Assembly: GCA_038087875.1 (NCBI GenBank)
Contig: CM075988.1
Location: forward strand, 11,286,001-11,350,000
DNA length: 64,000 nt
Direction of reading: 5' to 3'
DNA from: Malacoraja senta
Taxonomy: Eukaryota
The notes under the pieces were generated by a model. It ran no database searches. It worked only from the letters and a program-made list of their open reading frames with translations, and was not told the origin of the DNA. Shown here piece by piece: positions 12,021 to 25,153 of this stretch (the stretch's first letter is position 1; each line of letters starts with the position of its first letter). A program made the position numbers and the translations under genes.

Positions 12021-13131
12021 TTAATGTGTTTTGGCCTCTCATAATGTTGTTCACCCCAATCAAATCTCACCTTCAGTCTTTACTATTCAAAAGGAAATAA
12101 TCCAGTTTACCAAATATTTCCTTATTGGTACAATCTTATAGTGAACATGTATTTTATATCACATCCCATGATTTTGCAGAAGATAAATCATGGTTTGATA
12201 ATGCTTGTAATCTTCTTGCCACCTTTCTGACCATTTCTAACAGATGTCAGCTGGAGACCTTCCAATCAGTGAGTGACAGGTCTATGTGTATTTGTGTTCA
12301 CACTCTCAATCAATTATTTTCTAAAGAGGTAATTGTCTGAGAATAATTTGACAGAATTAAATGCTGGGGTATTTTAATCTTGTCAATCATGTGACTTTTG
12401 TTTGCACTGTTTACTGATCTGTGTGGAAGAGTTCATTGCTTGAGGCTTTGTCTCAATCACCTCAATCTGAAAATGAAATCCTCGCCCACACATTGAAGCC
12501 AATATGTTTCAGTATTTCCCAGGAAACTTAAGAAAAGTTAATGATTGAAGGTAGTATAATGTGAATAGTGAAGGAATGGATGTTGTTCTCATGAACACGA
12601 TCATCAAATAGGGCTATTGAGCTGTTGTAATTTTCATTCTATTTTAATGTATAATTTTATCCTTGACTTGGTTTGAGAACACTTATTCTTTCTCCCTTTC
12701 TCTCCCTCCTACATTATTGAATGCGTTTTCCCAATCTGTTTTGCAATTTCAAATATTTTATTCTTGAGTTGTTTCTTGCCTTCTACCTGCATGTTGAATT
12801 AATGTACAACAAAGAGACCTTCTCTCTCCACTCCTCTAGCAAAACCTAAAGGTAGAACATTAACCCCTTGAAACCCATGGAATCTACTTTTCTACTGATT
12901 GATTTCCCATCCCACAATTTGCAAAAGGGACAACTCAAAAGGGACAACTCAAGTCCATTGCCTGTGAAGCACTTGTGGTGCCATGTGTTGGCCAATATCA
13001 CAGTCGCAAATTAGCCTGTCTGCATTTTCCTTCAACCACAGTTTCGCCAAGATATCCTGCGGAGAACAAGACCATCGACTTACCCCAAACTCTGCTGACT
13101 ATTTACCATCTGTATTATTTCAGATAATATG

Positions 13132-13900
13132 TAGAAACATAGAAACATAGAAACATAGAAAATAGGTGCAGGAGTAGGCCATTCGGCCCTTCGAGCCTGC
13201 ACCACCATTTGATATGATCATGGCTGATCATCCAACTCAGTATCCCATCCCTGCCTTCTCTCCATACCCCCTGATCCCTTTAGCCACAAGGGCCACATCT
13301 AACTCCCTCTTAATTATAGCCAATGAACTGGCCTCAACTACCTTCTGTGGCAGAGAATTCCACAGATTCACCACTCTGTGTAAAAAATGATTTCCTCATC
13401 TCGGTCCTAAAAGTCTTCCCTCTTATCCATAAACTGTGACCCCTAGTTCTGGACTTCCCCAACATCGGGAATAATCTTCCTGCATCTAGCCTGTCCAACC
13501 CCTTAAGAATTTTGTAAGTTTCTATAAGATCCCCCCTCAGTCTTCTGAATTCCAACGTGTACAAGCCGAGTCTATCCAGTCTTTCCTCATATGAAAGTCC
13601 TGCCATCCCAGGAATCAGTCTGGTGAACCTTCTCTGTACTCCCTCTATGGCAAGAATGTCTTTCCTCAGATTAGGAGACCAAAACTGTACGCAATACTCC
13701 AGGTGTGGTCTCACCATGACCCTGTACAACTGCAGTAGAACCTCCCTGCTCTTATACTCAAATCCTTTTGCTATGAATGCTAACATACCATTTGCTTTCT
13801 TCACTGCCTGCTGCACCTGCATTCCTACTTTCAATGACTGGTGTACCATGACACCTAGGTCTCGTTGCATCTCCCCTTTTCCTAATCGGCCACCATTCAG
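13132..13900 (-). mobile_element. CR1/HER1-like LINE ORF2 C-terminus and 3' UTR
   Basis: ORF 13334-13870 QRDLGV...VRPHLEYCVQFWSP...RRLRGDLIETYKI; (ctatgttt)n tail. Confidence 0.95.
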
Positions 13901-13954
13901 AGAAACAGATTGGTATTCAGATATACATGTACTATTACATGTCTTAAGAAAAGT

Positions 13955-14225
13955 TCCGACCTGAAACTTCGCTTATCCAGGCTCTCCTGGAATGCTGCCA
14001 TAGAGATCCATAGAGTTACTCCAATGGATCTTGTGTCTATTGTGAAGAAAGGAACTGCAGATGCTGTATTTTCCAAAGATGGACACAAAGTGCTGGAGTA
14101 ACTCAGCGGGTCAGGCAGCATCTCTGGAGAAAAGAAATAGGCGATGTTTCAGGTCAGAACCCTTCTTCTGACTAGACTGAAGAAGGTTTTCAACCCAAAA
14201 CATCACCTATTCCTTTTCTCACCTA
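13955..14225. mobile_element. Cluster of Penelope-derived short elements
   Basis: Repeated arms gctggagtaactcagcgggtcaggcagcatctctggag and ctgaagaagg...aaacatcacc in both orientations. Confidence 0.7.
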
Positions 14226-14839
14226 CAATGACCCATTATTGTAGGTTAATGGCAAAAAATAGTTAAAGGGGAATTGTTGAGCATGAGTATAAGTTGCAAA
14301 GGTGCAGGAAAATAAAGGGGAATTGAAATATTGGGATTGGTCTGCTGGGCCAGCATAGATTGGATGCGCTGAATAGCTGCCTCCTGTGTTGTAATAACCA
14401 TGTAGCCTGATCTCCAATTATCTTAAAGCCCTTAGCAATTTGACCAAGTTATTGCCAGGATAAGCAGATCGCATTCTGAGTGGCATCCTTGATCTGAGGA
14501 ACAGTTATGAGAAGTTAATTTTAGCACCATTTTAGCACCAGCTACACTGAGACTGGTCATCTGATAACCCCAGAATGATGTCTTAAACCCTTGCTAGACA
14601 TTACTACACAGCGATCCACTCAATAAAACTATCAAAGCTGCTTAGGTTTAGTTTTATTGAACAAATTCTCAGCTTGTCCATCCATTCATTCTATGGATCT
14701 TCCAATGATCCTTCAGAATATGCTCAGAAAGATTACTGTTTTTTGAGGGGGATTGTACTTTGGTAAGAGAAAGGTGGACTATAACTTCAGCATCCAGATA
14801 GATTGATATAAGCCCAGCTTGTTCAGCTGCATTTGACAA

Positions 14840-15600
14840 TGAAAATGGAATCAATTGCTGCTGTACTCATTCCCTCGCAATAAAAGAATAATCCTGTGTC
14901 TTGATTTCTTGTTGCAATTGTTACAGGGCTTTAACTAAACAGACCAGCTCAGCAAATGAAACTATTCTTTCTAAACTGATACTTCTTTCCCCACTCACTT
15001 GTCCATTTTCTTTTGATAAGATGTTGAGATTTGGTTGGCTTTCTGACGGGGTTTGGCAGGAATATAATTAAAGCCGCAAACCTTCCACCGAATCGTGAAG
15101 GATATCTGCAGCAGCCAAGCATGTGAGGGAAAGAACATGAAGCAAAATCGGAACAACTAGGCTGTCGAACTCTCCTCCAAGAACAGCATCTCTCAACTGT
15201 CAGAGAATGAATATAAATGGGGATACATTTTTTGGACATTAGTTCTTCTCCCACATACAATCGACACAAGGCATTATCCTGTCACCTGCCAAGTTGTAAA
15301 CTTCCTCATTCATCTGATAAACGGGCTTTGTGTATAAAAATTTCTGGCTACCCATGAATACAAAACTGAATTAGAACATTTTTTAAGCTTCAGCGACAAA
15401 ATCTGGTGCTGTCAATTAAATAAATTATTTATAAAAAATTTAGGTGCTCCGGTTCATAAAAATAACTAAATCACCATTTACACACTTCATCAGACAATTT
15501 AATTCTGAGACAATCGTGCTCTGCATCTCCTCCTTAATCAAGCAGAAGCATTTTCATAAAGAAACAATTGCTAACGCTCCTTTTTAACAAGAATAGAAAA
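14840..15600. promoter_or_regulatory. Candidate conserved non-coding element
   Basis: Long repeat-free block with ctgtcaatta, ttcataaa, aacaatt, tgtaaac motifs. Confidence 0.4.
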
Positions 15601-15819
15601 TAAATGCCATGTTAATGGAAATAGAATAAAGTTGAAAATAGCAAGGATGATTGGGGTGGATTGTTAAAGTTATGTTCAGAAAAATGACTGGATGAACTGT
15701 AATCAAACTGGATATTGCTAGAAAATGGGATGACCCCCTAACTTGGCTGTCAACAGCAACATCAAAAGACTGAAGAGAAGCTTTGAAGAAGATACATCTA
15801 TAACCGTGACGATAAGATA

Positions 15820-16330
15820 TTGCAGAGAGCTGTGGATGTAGCCCAGGCCATCACACACATCATTGAGTCCTCACCCACCCCTCTCCATCGACTCCATCAA
15901 CACCTCACGCTGCCTCGGGAAAGCAGCCAACATAATTAAGGAACATTTTCACCCCAGTCATTCCCTGTTTGATCCTTTCCCATTGGGCAGAAGATACAAA
16001 AGTGAGAAAGCATACCACAATATTCAGTAAAAGGTTCTTCCTTGCTGTTTTTCAGACCGCTGAATGGTCCACCCGTAAACTAGGGTGTAGTCCTGATCTC
16101 CCAAACAACCTCATTGCAGACATGGGACTTTTTTTTTAACCTGCACTTTCTCTGCAACTGTAACTCTAGAATGCTGTAACCACATCACCTGCGTCTTGGT
16201 ATTTTCTCTTTGCCTACTTGTTTGCTTGTGTCAGTCTTAAATTGTTTCATGTAAAGTACTATTTGACTGGATAGCACGCAAAATGAAGCTTGTCATTGTA
16301 TCCCTGCACAGGTGACAATAAAAATCCATT
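15820..16330 (+). mobile_element. Rex1/Babar-like LINE 3' fragment
   Basis: Reads LQRAVDVAQAI...RCLGKAANIIKE..HP.HSLF..P.GRRYKS; tail ttgtatccctgcacaggtgacaataaa. Confidence 0.8.
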
Positions 16331-16849
16331 ACCATTAACCAAACATGAATTGCAGATGATGATAAACCTTTTCTCTGTAATAAGCAGATTCTCTTTTAAA
16401 TTAGCAGAAATGATGTTGTGAAAGGCTTTGCAATTCAAAGCCATTGTCATTAGCTATATTAACATAATGCCATAACTATAATATAATCAAATAAAATCGG
16501 TTTTAAATGCAAGCAAGGAACATTGGAATAACAATTTGCATACATTAGTATTGTTTTCAGTTTCAGTGATCAAAATGGATTATTGAAAAATCAAATAATG
16601 ATGATATGTATTTTCTGCTTGCTCACAGAATTGTTATAGGCAAAGCATTGCAAAAAGAATGGTTTACTTGTGGAGTTTTAAACGATTTATGTTCTACTCG
16701 CATACAAACTCACAGTGGTATTTGTCCCCATCATATTTGACTTCCATCTTTTTCAGGATAAGCAAATCAAAAATGCACCTAATTTTAATTGTTAATTAAA
16801 TGTATTCTAGCTCAGGTTTATCATGGAACCTCGAGTCCTGTGAATATTA

Positions 16850-17690
16850 CGATGAGTCAGAGTGTAGGAGGAAATCGATTACCTGATTGGTGTCAGAATC
16901 CAACTCTTAACGTGAGCTTGATTAAGGAGCTGATTGTTGACTTTGGGACGGTCCATGCACCTGGCTTTATCAGTGGAACAGCGGTGGAGTCAACAGCTTT
17001 GAGATTCAGGGTGTGCACATCTTTGAAGACCTGATAGACACAAAATGCTATAGGAAAGGGTGATATTTCAGGCCAAGACACTTCTTCAGAAGGGTCTCGA
17101 CCCAAAACATCACCCATTCCTTCTCTCCAGAGATACTGCCTGTCCCTCTGAGTTACTCCAGCATTTTGTGTCTATCTTCGATTTAAACCAGCATCTGCAG
17201 TTTTTTCCTACACACTCTTTGAAGACCTGTCCTGGGCCAAGCACATCGATGCAAAAACAAATAAAACTCATCAATGCCCTGACTTCCTCAGATGTTTGAG
17301 GAGGTTTGGCATGTCGCCGAACACCCAATTGAACCTTTAGAGTCATACTGTAGAGAGTATACTGACTGATTGCCTCATGGCCTGGTTCAGTAACTCGGAT
17401 GCCCAGGAGCAAAGGAGGCTGGAGGAAATGGTCAACATTGCCCGGTCCATCATGGTTATTGCCTTCCCCTTCATCAATGACATCTACAGGAAGCAATGCC
17501 TCAATCAGGCAGCCGATATCATCAAAGACTCACACAACCTGGGCCACACCCTCATCTCACTGCTACCACCCGGAGAAAGGTTCAGCAGTCTGAGAACCAT
17601 TACCTCCAGGTTCAGGAACAGTTTTTTCCCAGCAACTTTCAGTTTTGTGAACTTCACTGCACAACTCCAACCACAACTCCACCTCAACAG
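16850..17690 (+). mobile_element. Rex1/Babar-like LINE RT C-terminal fragment (interrupted)
   Basis: WCQN..LNVS..KELIVDF; ORF 17377 AWFSN...CLNQAADIIKDSHNLGH.L..LLPPGERF...RFRNSFFP. Confidence 0.85.
17034..17215. mobile_element. Palindromic Penelope-derived element with 14-bp TSD
   Basis: TCTTTGAAGACCTG at 17020-17033 and 17216-17229; removing the insert restores contiguous Rex1 sequence. Confidence 0.85.
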
Positions 17691-18299
17691 TGAACTATTA
17701 TGGACTTTTTCTAGGTTGCGCAGTGTTCTTCAGCTCACATTGAACAATTATAGTCTGAGTAAAACTATTATTCTTGAATATTGCAAGGAAATCAATAACA
17801 TTGTTCCGTTTCATCTAAAAGATGGAATAAAAAAATGGAGATTCTGAAATCCTTTATTGATTTTCTGTGTACACCTTGGATATTCTTGTATTCCTTGATA
17901 TACTTTTTTTTTATGCGCAAAACTCAATCGTTCAACTAAAACATGATTGCTAAGTACATAGAGTGTACATTTTTGGGAATTATGGTGAGGTTCTCTCAGC
18001 ATGTGACCACTTACTATCCATGTTCCAGTGTCATCCATCAATATGCAACACTTATGCCAGACTATGGAAGTGAAACATCTTTCATAACTTGGTATTGGCA
18101 AGCACATTTTCTTAGTGTAAAATTCTCTGGAGCAGGGACCCTGTGTGATGAATATTCCAATTAATAGTAGCCACCTCATTCTTAAATAGGGTGAGGGAAA
18201 ACAAAAAATCGCTATATCAAGTCAAACTATTGACCGTTGTTCAATGGTACTTTATGGTCACATATACCTCAGTACAGTGAATATCTTTTTGCATACAAT

Positions 18300-18610
18300 T
18301 CACAGCATCGCAGTGGTAGAGTTGCTGCCTTACAATGCCGGAGACCCGACTTCAATCTTCACTGTGGGTGCTGTCTGTAAGAAGTTTATACATTCTCCCT
18401 GTGACCGCATGAGATTTCTCTGGTGCTCTGGTTTCCTCCCACATTCCAAAGACGTGCCGGTTTGTAGGTTAATTGTAGGTTTGTAGGTAGGTTGTCCCTA
18501 GTGTGTAGGATAGAACTAGTGTGCGGGGTAATTGATGGTTGGCATGGCCTCAGAGGGCCGAAGGGCCTGTTTCCATGCTCAATCTCTAAACTAAACTAAA
18601 ACTAACTAAA
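18300..18610 (+). mobile_element. V-SINE
   Basis: Head, V domain, (ctaaa)n tail. Confidence 0.85.
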
Positions 18611-19271
18611 GTTCAGTATTTTCCCAGCTCGTCCATCTCACACCTTGTTTTGTTTGCCTACTGACTGCTGTTCACCCAAAAAAAAGTGAATGGGCATAGA
18701 GATGAATGTGGTGACAAGGAAACTGTGCTCAGAGTTGAATACTTTTGATTGCTTCTGATATATTGTAGCAATGTAGTGAACCAATATCAGAGGGATTGAA
18801 TTTACTCCGAGAAGTCATGGATCAGGTCTGATGGTTCTGAACACCAAAAGAGATGAAATTAAACAAACTGCTGAGGAATTAGGCTATTTTGTGAGTAATG
18901 CTCAGGGATTTTGATTTATGAGACAACATGAGAAGCAGCAGATGTTACCTGCCATCGTACTGAAGCCTTGATGATAAATGGGAACTTTAGTTAGTAAGCA
19001 GAAAGTTGATCAATATCTTTCTTGAACTTTTACTTTTAAATTACTATATACAAATTATTCAATCCATTCCAGGTTTTGTATGTGATACCGAGACAATCTG
19101 ACCATTGATAGAGCATATGTTTGCAATCTCCTGCAGATGGCACAGTGTGAGTTGGTTTGGGCTAAATATGGAGGATTCTATACTCCCTTCTCTGGAAAAA
19201 TACAGAAAGGGAATTGTATTCTTGCATTATACTTGGTATTGATTTCCACCATTTTAGCATCATGGAGATGA

Positions 19272-19645
19272 GGGTGACACAGTGGTAAAGTTGCTGCCTT
19301 TCCGCGCCAGAGACCCGATTCAAATGCTGACTTTGGGTGCTGTCTGTACAGAGTTTGTACGTTCTCCCTGTGCTGCATGGGGGTTTTCTGGTGTTCCGGT
19401 AATAGAAATCCGAGGGGTAAATTTTTTACACAAGGATGGTGGGTGTATGGAACAAGCTGTCAGAAGAGGTAGTTGAGGCTGGGACTATCCCATCGTTTCA
19501 GCAACAGTTTGACATGTACATGGATAGGACAGGTTTGGAGGGATATGGATCAAGTGCAGGCAGGTGGGACTAGTGTAGCTGGGACATGTTGGCCGGTGTG
19601 GGAAAGTTGGGCCAAAGGGCCTGTTTCCACACTGTATCACTCTTT
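19272..19645 (+). mobile_element. V-SINE 5' half joined to a CR1 3' end
   Basis: SINE head and V start to about 19400, then CR1 FFTQR-type region and tail gggcctgtttccacactgtatcactct. Confidence 0.75.
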
Positions 19646-20299
19646 GTCTGCTGGGTCTCAATCCCCTTTGATACTTCCCCAGTGCATCATCTGAAAGGGA
19701 CTGCAGTGCATGGTTCAAGGAGAGGATTCTGAGGAAATCTCCCTTCAATAAAGGGTGAGAATTGGTTGTGCAGGTATCAATTTGGAAGGAATTGGAGGTT
19801 GAATCAGAGATTGTTGTTTCAGGTGGTAGGGACTGAGTGTGGCTGCTGGGGATTCAACAGGTAATCATGAGAGGATCAGCAGTAAAGTGGAGGAAACCAG
19901 CTCTGGGGGATTGGAGTAAATAATCAAGTCAGATTGCAGCACGACTCAGACTCGGAGCTGATTGTCCTCTTTCCCTCCTCCTGTGTTGTAAGATTATGTG
20001 ATTCATACCGTGTCACAGTAATTTCTACATGTTGTATTTAGGGAGAACATTGCATCTGCCAATAAATTAAAGTTGTGTGGGCCATATGTCCCTTAGTTAG
20101 CAGTCTATCATACTGTATGCAAAATCAATTTGTTCAGACAGCTGACTTTATTTAAAAGTAAAGGAAATATAAACTATAGCAAACTCACTGAATTAAAGTA
20201 AGAACAATTCTCAGGAAGTGAGTGAATGAAAAGTTGCATGTAAATAAAATCAAGCAACAGCAAGCTTGATTGACAGCAATTATCCAGTTATGTTCATGT

Positions 20300-20490
20300 T
20301 CAAAATTATAGGAGCAGAATTAGGCCATTCAGCCCATCAAGTCTATTCCGCCATTCAATCATATCTTTCCCTCCTAACCCCATTCTCCTGCCTTCTCTCC
20401 ATAACACCTAATGAGGAATCTATCTATCTCTGCCTTTAAAATATCCATTGACTTGGCCTCCACAGCTGCCTGTGGCAATGAATTCCACAG
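20300..20490 (-). mobile_element. CR1-like LINE 3' fragment
   Basis: ataggagcagaattaggccattcagccc...gaattccacag. Confidence 0.75.
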
Positions 20491-20619
20491 ATTACAGATT
20501 TTCAGCTCTAATAATAATAATAATAATACATTTTATTTATATAGCTCTTTTCAGGACTCAGAGTCGCTTCAACTCTGTCATCCAACCAGTGTTTATGACC
20601 TACTTATGTCTTAGTAACA

Positions 20620-21860
20620 GAGAAACATAGAAAAACAGGCTCGGGAGTAGGCCATTTGGCCCTTCTAGCCAGCACCACTATGCAATATGATCATGGCTGA
20701 TCATCTAAAATCAGTACCCCATCCCTGCTTTTTCCCCATATCCCTTGATTCCTTCAGCCCTGAGAGCTAAATATAGCTCTCTCTTGAAAACATCCAGTGA
20801 AATGGCTTTCTGTGGCAGAGAATTACACAAATTCACAACTCTTTGGGTGAAAAAAAAATCCTCATCTCAGTCCTAAATGACCTACCCCTTATTCTTAAAC
20901 TGTGACCCCTGGTTCTGGACTCCCCCAACAACGGGAACATTTTTTCTGCATCTAGCCTGTCCAATCCCTTAAGAATGTTATATGTTTCTATAAGAAACCC
21001 TCTCATCCTTCTAAATTCCAGTGAATACAAGCCCAGTCGACCCATTCTTTCATCATTTGTCAGTCCCGCCATTCCAGGAATTATCCTGGTGAACCTCGCT
21101 GCACTCCCTCAATAGCAATAATCTCCTTCCTCAAATTAGGAGACCAAAATTGCACAGAATACTCCAGTGCAGTCTCACCAGGGCCCTGTACAACTGCAGT
21201 AGGACCTCCTTGCTTCTAAACTCAAATCCTCTCGCAATAAAGGCAAACCTGCCATTAGCTTTCTTCACTGCCTGCTGTACCTGCTTGCTTACTTTCAGTG
21301 ACTGATGCACAAGCATACCATGGTCTCGTTGCACCTCCCCTTTTCCTAATCTGACACCATTCAGTTAATAATCTGCCTTCCTGTGCTTGTGTGTCATTCT
21401 TAATTGTCATTGTAAGCCATGTTGTCACTTGTCTATTAAACTTTTTCATTCATTCTTTATTCATCTGCCTTCCTGTTCTTGGCACCAAAGTGAACCTCAC
21501 ATTTATCCACATTATACTGCATCTGCCATGCATCTGCCCACTCACCCAATCTATCCAATCCTGGGTGGATTGGATAGATTGCAGTCTCATAGCATCCTCA
21601 TCGCAGCCCACACTGCCACGCAGCTTTGTGTCAACCGCAAACATGGAGATGTCACATTTAATTCCCTCGTCTAAATCGTTAATATATATTGTAAATAACT
21701 GGGGTCCCAGCACTGAGCCTTGCGGCAACCCACTAGTCACTGCCTGCCATTCTGAAAAGGACCCGTTAATTCCTACTCTTTGCGTCCTGTCTGCCAACCA
21801 GTTCTCTATCCATGTCAATAACATACCCCCAATACCATGTAATGCTCTGTTCTTCATTAT
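20620..21860 (-). mobile_element. CR1/HER1-like LINE RT fragment (frameshifted pseudogene)
   Basis: ORFs with [13 protein letters not shown]...[23 protein letters not shown]...FAVDTK and RRMRG.LIETY; CR1 tail. Confidence 0.93.
21385..21462 (+). mobile_element. 78-bp truncated retro-insertion with (TTCA)n-like tail inside CR1
   Basis: ATCTGCCTTCCTGT duplicated at 21371-21384 and 21463-21476; attaaa then ttcattcatt. Confidence 0.7.
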
Positions 21861-22003
21861 CTAGCTCATTAATCATGAGCTCTTCCCCATTCCTTTTCCG
21901 GTGTTTCTCCTGCTTGCCTGAATGACAACACAGGGTAGCGAGTTCCATGTACTTGGCACTCCAATGGTAAAGGAGGATTTTTGATTTCTGTCGTTTCAGG
22001 CTG

Positions 22004-22625
22004 AGATAGATACAAAATGCTGGAGTAACTCAGAGGGTCAGACAGCATCTCTGGAGAAAAGGAATAGGTGATGTTTCGGGTCGAGACCCTTCTTCAGACT
22101 CTTGACCCAAAACGTTACCTATTCCTTTTCTCCAGAGATCTTGTCTGACCCGCTGAGTTACTCCAGCTATTTATATCTAACCGGTTTCAACCAACATCTG
22201 CAGTTCCTTCCTACTCGTTTCAGGCTGGGACCCTTCTTCTTGAAGCTGTCTGAAAAAGGGTCCCAGCCCAAAATAGCTCCTATACATGTTTTCCAGAGAT
22301 GCTGCCTGACCTGCTGAGCTACTCCAACAATTTGTGTGTTAGTATGCTGGCCAAAGCAGGACATCATTGTCATCACTTGACGTTGATGCATACTCCTTTG
22401 TTAATAAAATCTTCTGATTCAGCAAAATGAATCTCATATTGATTTGCTTTCCAGGTAAACCTTGTAGCCTGTGTTATATGTTTAAGAAAGAACTGCAGAT
22501 GCTGGAAAAATTGAAGGTAGACAAAAATGCTGGAGGAACTCTGCTGGTCTCGACCCGAAACGTCGCCTATTCCTTCTCTCCGTACATGCTGCCTCACCTG
22601 CTGAGTTCCTCCAGCATTTATGTCA
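22004..22625. mobile_element. Nested or adjacent palindromic Penelope-derived elements
   Basis: Inverted arms; TCGTTTCAGGCTG duplicated at 21991-22003 and 22215-22227; another copy at about 22480-22625. Confidence 0.75.
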
Positions 22626-22742
22626 GCCTGTGTCATATGATTCCTGCTTAGTTCAGAGACTCTCTTTGAGGATTTCAAAGTGATCTATTCTTATCAAAAG
22701 CTTGCATACTGAACTTTATAGATTGTTGCCGTAAAGCATGAT

Positions 22743-23042
22743 TAGTTTAGTTCAGTTTAAAGGAATTGTGCGGAAACAGGCCATACAGCCCACCAAGTCC
22801 ACGCTGACCAGCGATCCCCGCACATTAACACCGTCCTACACACACTAGGGACAATTTACAATTATACCAAGCCAATTAACCTACAGATCTATATGTCTTT
22901 GGAATGTGGGAGAAAACCTGAGAAAACCAGCGCAGATCACGGGGAGAACATACAAACTCCGTCCAGACAAGCACCCGTAATCAGGATCGAACCTGTGACA
23001 CTGGCGCTGTAAGGCAGCAACTCTACCACTGCGCCACTGTGC
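22743..23042 (-). mobile_element. V-SINE
   Basis: Reverse complement of the full SINE. Confidence 0.88.
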
Positions 23043-23547
23043 TGATCCACAAAGATTATTTCACTATGACACTCACTGGTTATGGGGCCCTTTCTGCAGA
23101 TTACTGAACCTTGATATTCTCTTTGCATGTTATAAGATAAAGGGCTGAATTTCCAAAATAAATGAGTAACATGCAAAAAACTGAATTTTTTTGAAAATCT
23201 CACTGAGGCTATATAGCATTTGTGAGAGAATATTTCAGGTCTGAAATGTAAACTTTATTTTTCTTTCCACCGATGTTGTATGATCTGCTGAGCATTTTGG
23301 GCATTTTCTGTTCCGATGTCAAATATTTTGCAGCATTTTCTCTTTTTAATTTTAGATTTCCAGCAACTTCAGGTTTTTACTGATTAACCTTTACTTTGCT
23401 GCAGCCTTGGTTTAGAAATCAGTGGAGTAGAACTTTGACAAAGTTGCAGTCTGAGCTTATTCACAGAATTGCAAAGAAAATGTAATTATTGGAGCAATCC
23501 GTATTTTAAAAAAGCAGCATTCCTGCTGCCATACCGAGATACCGAGG

Positions 23548-23845
23548 GAGGCACAATGGTAGAGTTGCTGCCTTACAGTGCCGGAGACCCGGGTTCGATC
23601 CTGACTGTGGATGCTGTCTGTATGGAGTTTGTATGTTCTCCTCGTGACCTGCGTGGGTTTTCTCCGAGATCTTCTGTTTTCTCGCACACTCAAAAGACGT
23701 TCAGGTTTGTAGGTTAATAGGCTTGGTATACGTGTAAACTATCCCTGGTGTGTGTAGGATAGTGTTAGTGTGCGGGGATCGATGGTCGCTGTGGACTCGG
23801 TGGGCCGAAGGGGCCTATTTCTGCTCTGTATCTCTAAACTAAACA
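23548..23845 (+). mobile_element. V-SINE
   Basis: B box gggttcgatcc, V domain, tail. Confidence 0.9.
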
Positions 23846-24043
23846 AAATATGTTTTAAATTAGTTGAAGTGCCCTGTTAAAAATAATGCTGTTGGATGAT
23901 ACTTTTGTGGATACATTTTCTTTCTAATAGTGAGAGTATCTTTACCAAAGATCTGTATCTTCCTTCTCTCACAGTGCCCCTGTACAGTTTCATATAGATC
24001 TGGATGGAAAGGCACCTTTCATCCACTTTGCAACGAAGCCTTA

Positions 24044-24275
24044 AGGGCCTGTCCCACTTGGGAGTCATTTGCGCAGGTGGCGCGCGAAGATTTTGTGAAT
24101 ACAAAAATCCGGGGGCGCTGCGCGCGACCGCGCGTCACTGCCTACATCACCACGCACCATGCGTGCATAATGCACGCCATGCGCGCATCACGTGCGCTTC
24201 ACAACGCGTGCGTCGTGACGCGTAAATGATGTCGCGTAAATGACGCGCAAATGATGCCCAAGTGGGACAGGCCCT
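24044..24275. mobile_element. Harbinger-like MITE
   Basis: TIR AGGGCCTGTCCCACTTGGG / CCCAAGTGGGACAGGCCCT; TTA on both sides. Confidence 0.85.
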
Positions 24276-25153
24276 TTAATGTGTGTATCAGTTGAACGTG
24301 CTGGAGATGGTCCAGAGAAAGACACGATCAACTGCATATGAGCAGTCCTGGCTTCCGCTGGCACTAGGACATGACAAATCTCTGCCTCGCAGTTATGATA
24401 GCAATTACTGACATGAACAGTTCATTTTGTATAGAAAACATTTCTTTTCCCCCCTGAACCTGTGGCTGAGCTATGTTCAAATATAGTCCAATTATTACGT
24501 TTCAAGAGGCATTCAGAAATATTTTTTAAAAATACAGGAGATATCTGCCCTAGCACTATGCAGTGCATAAAATTGCCTGCAGGCATTCTAGAGGTAACTG
24601 GCTATGGTAATTTATAGAGCATTCTTAGAAATTGTGGAATGTTATTTTGTGAGAGGAACTACTGACTATGGATCAACAAATAATATTGGTATATGCTATG
24701 GATTAGGCTTAAGAATACTTGCAGAATGGATCAGTAGCCACATAGTTTATCGTGAAACTTCATCACATTGTTGTACTAGAATTACATTGGACTGATCGAG
24801 AAAGGGGAAGACCTGAGGAAATGAAATAGTTTGACTTTTCGATTTTCATGCTTCAGAAATGGGATTGAAGTAAATGCTCTGGGCACAGCGATCCACAGAA
24901 AAGCCTTTCTCTTGTCTAATGTGCAGTCTTGTTAAAGCAAGCACTGTAGAGGAGAGTTGCTTAGCCTCTGACAGTTTGACAATGCAACTAAATGTTTGGA
25001 CCTTTACTAATGGGCACAATTTGCCCAGTGCACATGTGGATAACTAGTGGGGTCATTATTGACACATACCAGAAGGCCTCTTTGCTACTTAGAATTATTT
25101 TTGCTACTCTTTGCTACCAATAATTCTAATTGGTAAAAGAATACCAATTATTT

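Noticed and set aside
12922..12952. caaaagggacaact tandem duplication
   Set aside because: Simple 14-bp slippage duplication with no associated structure
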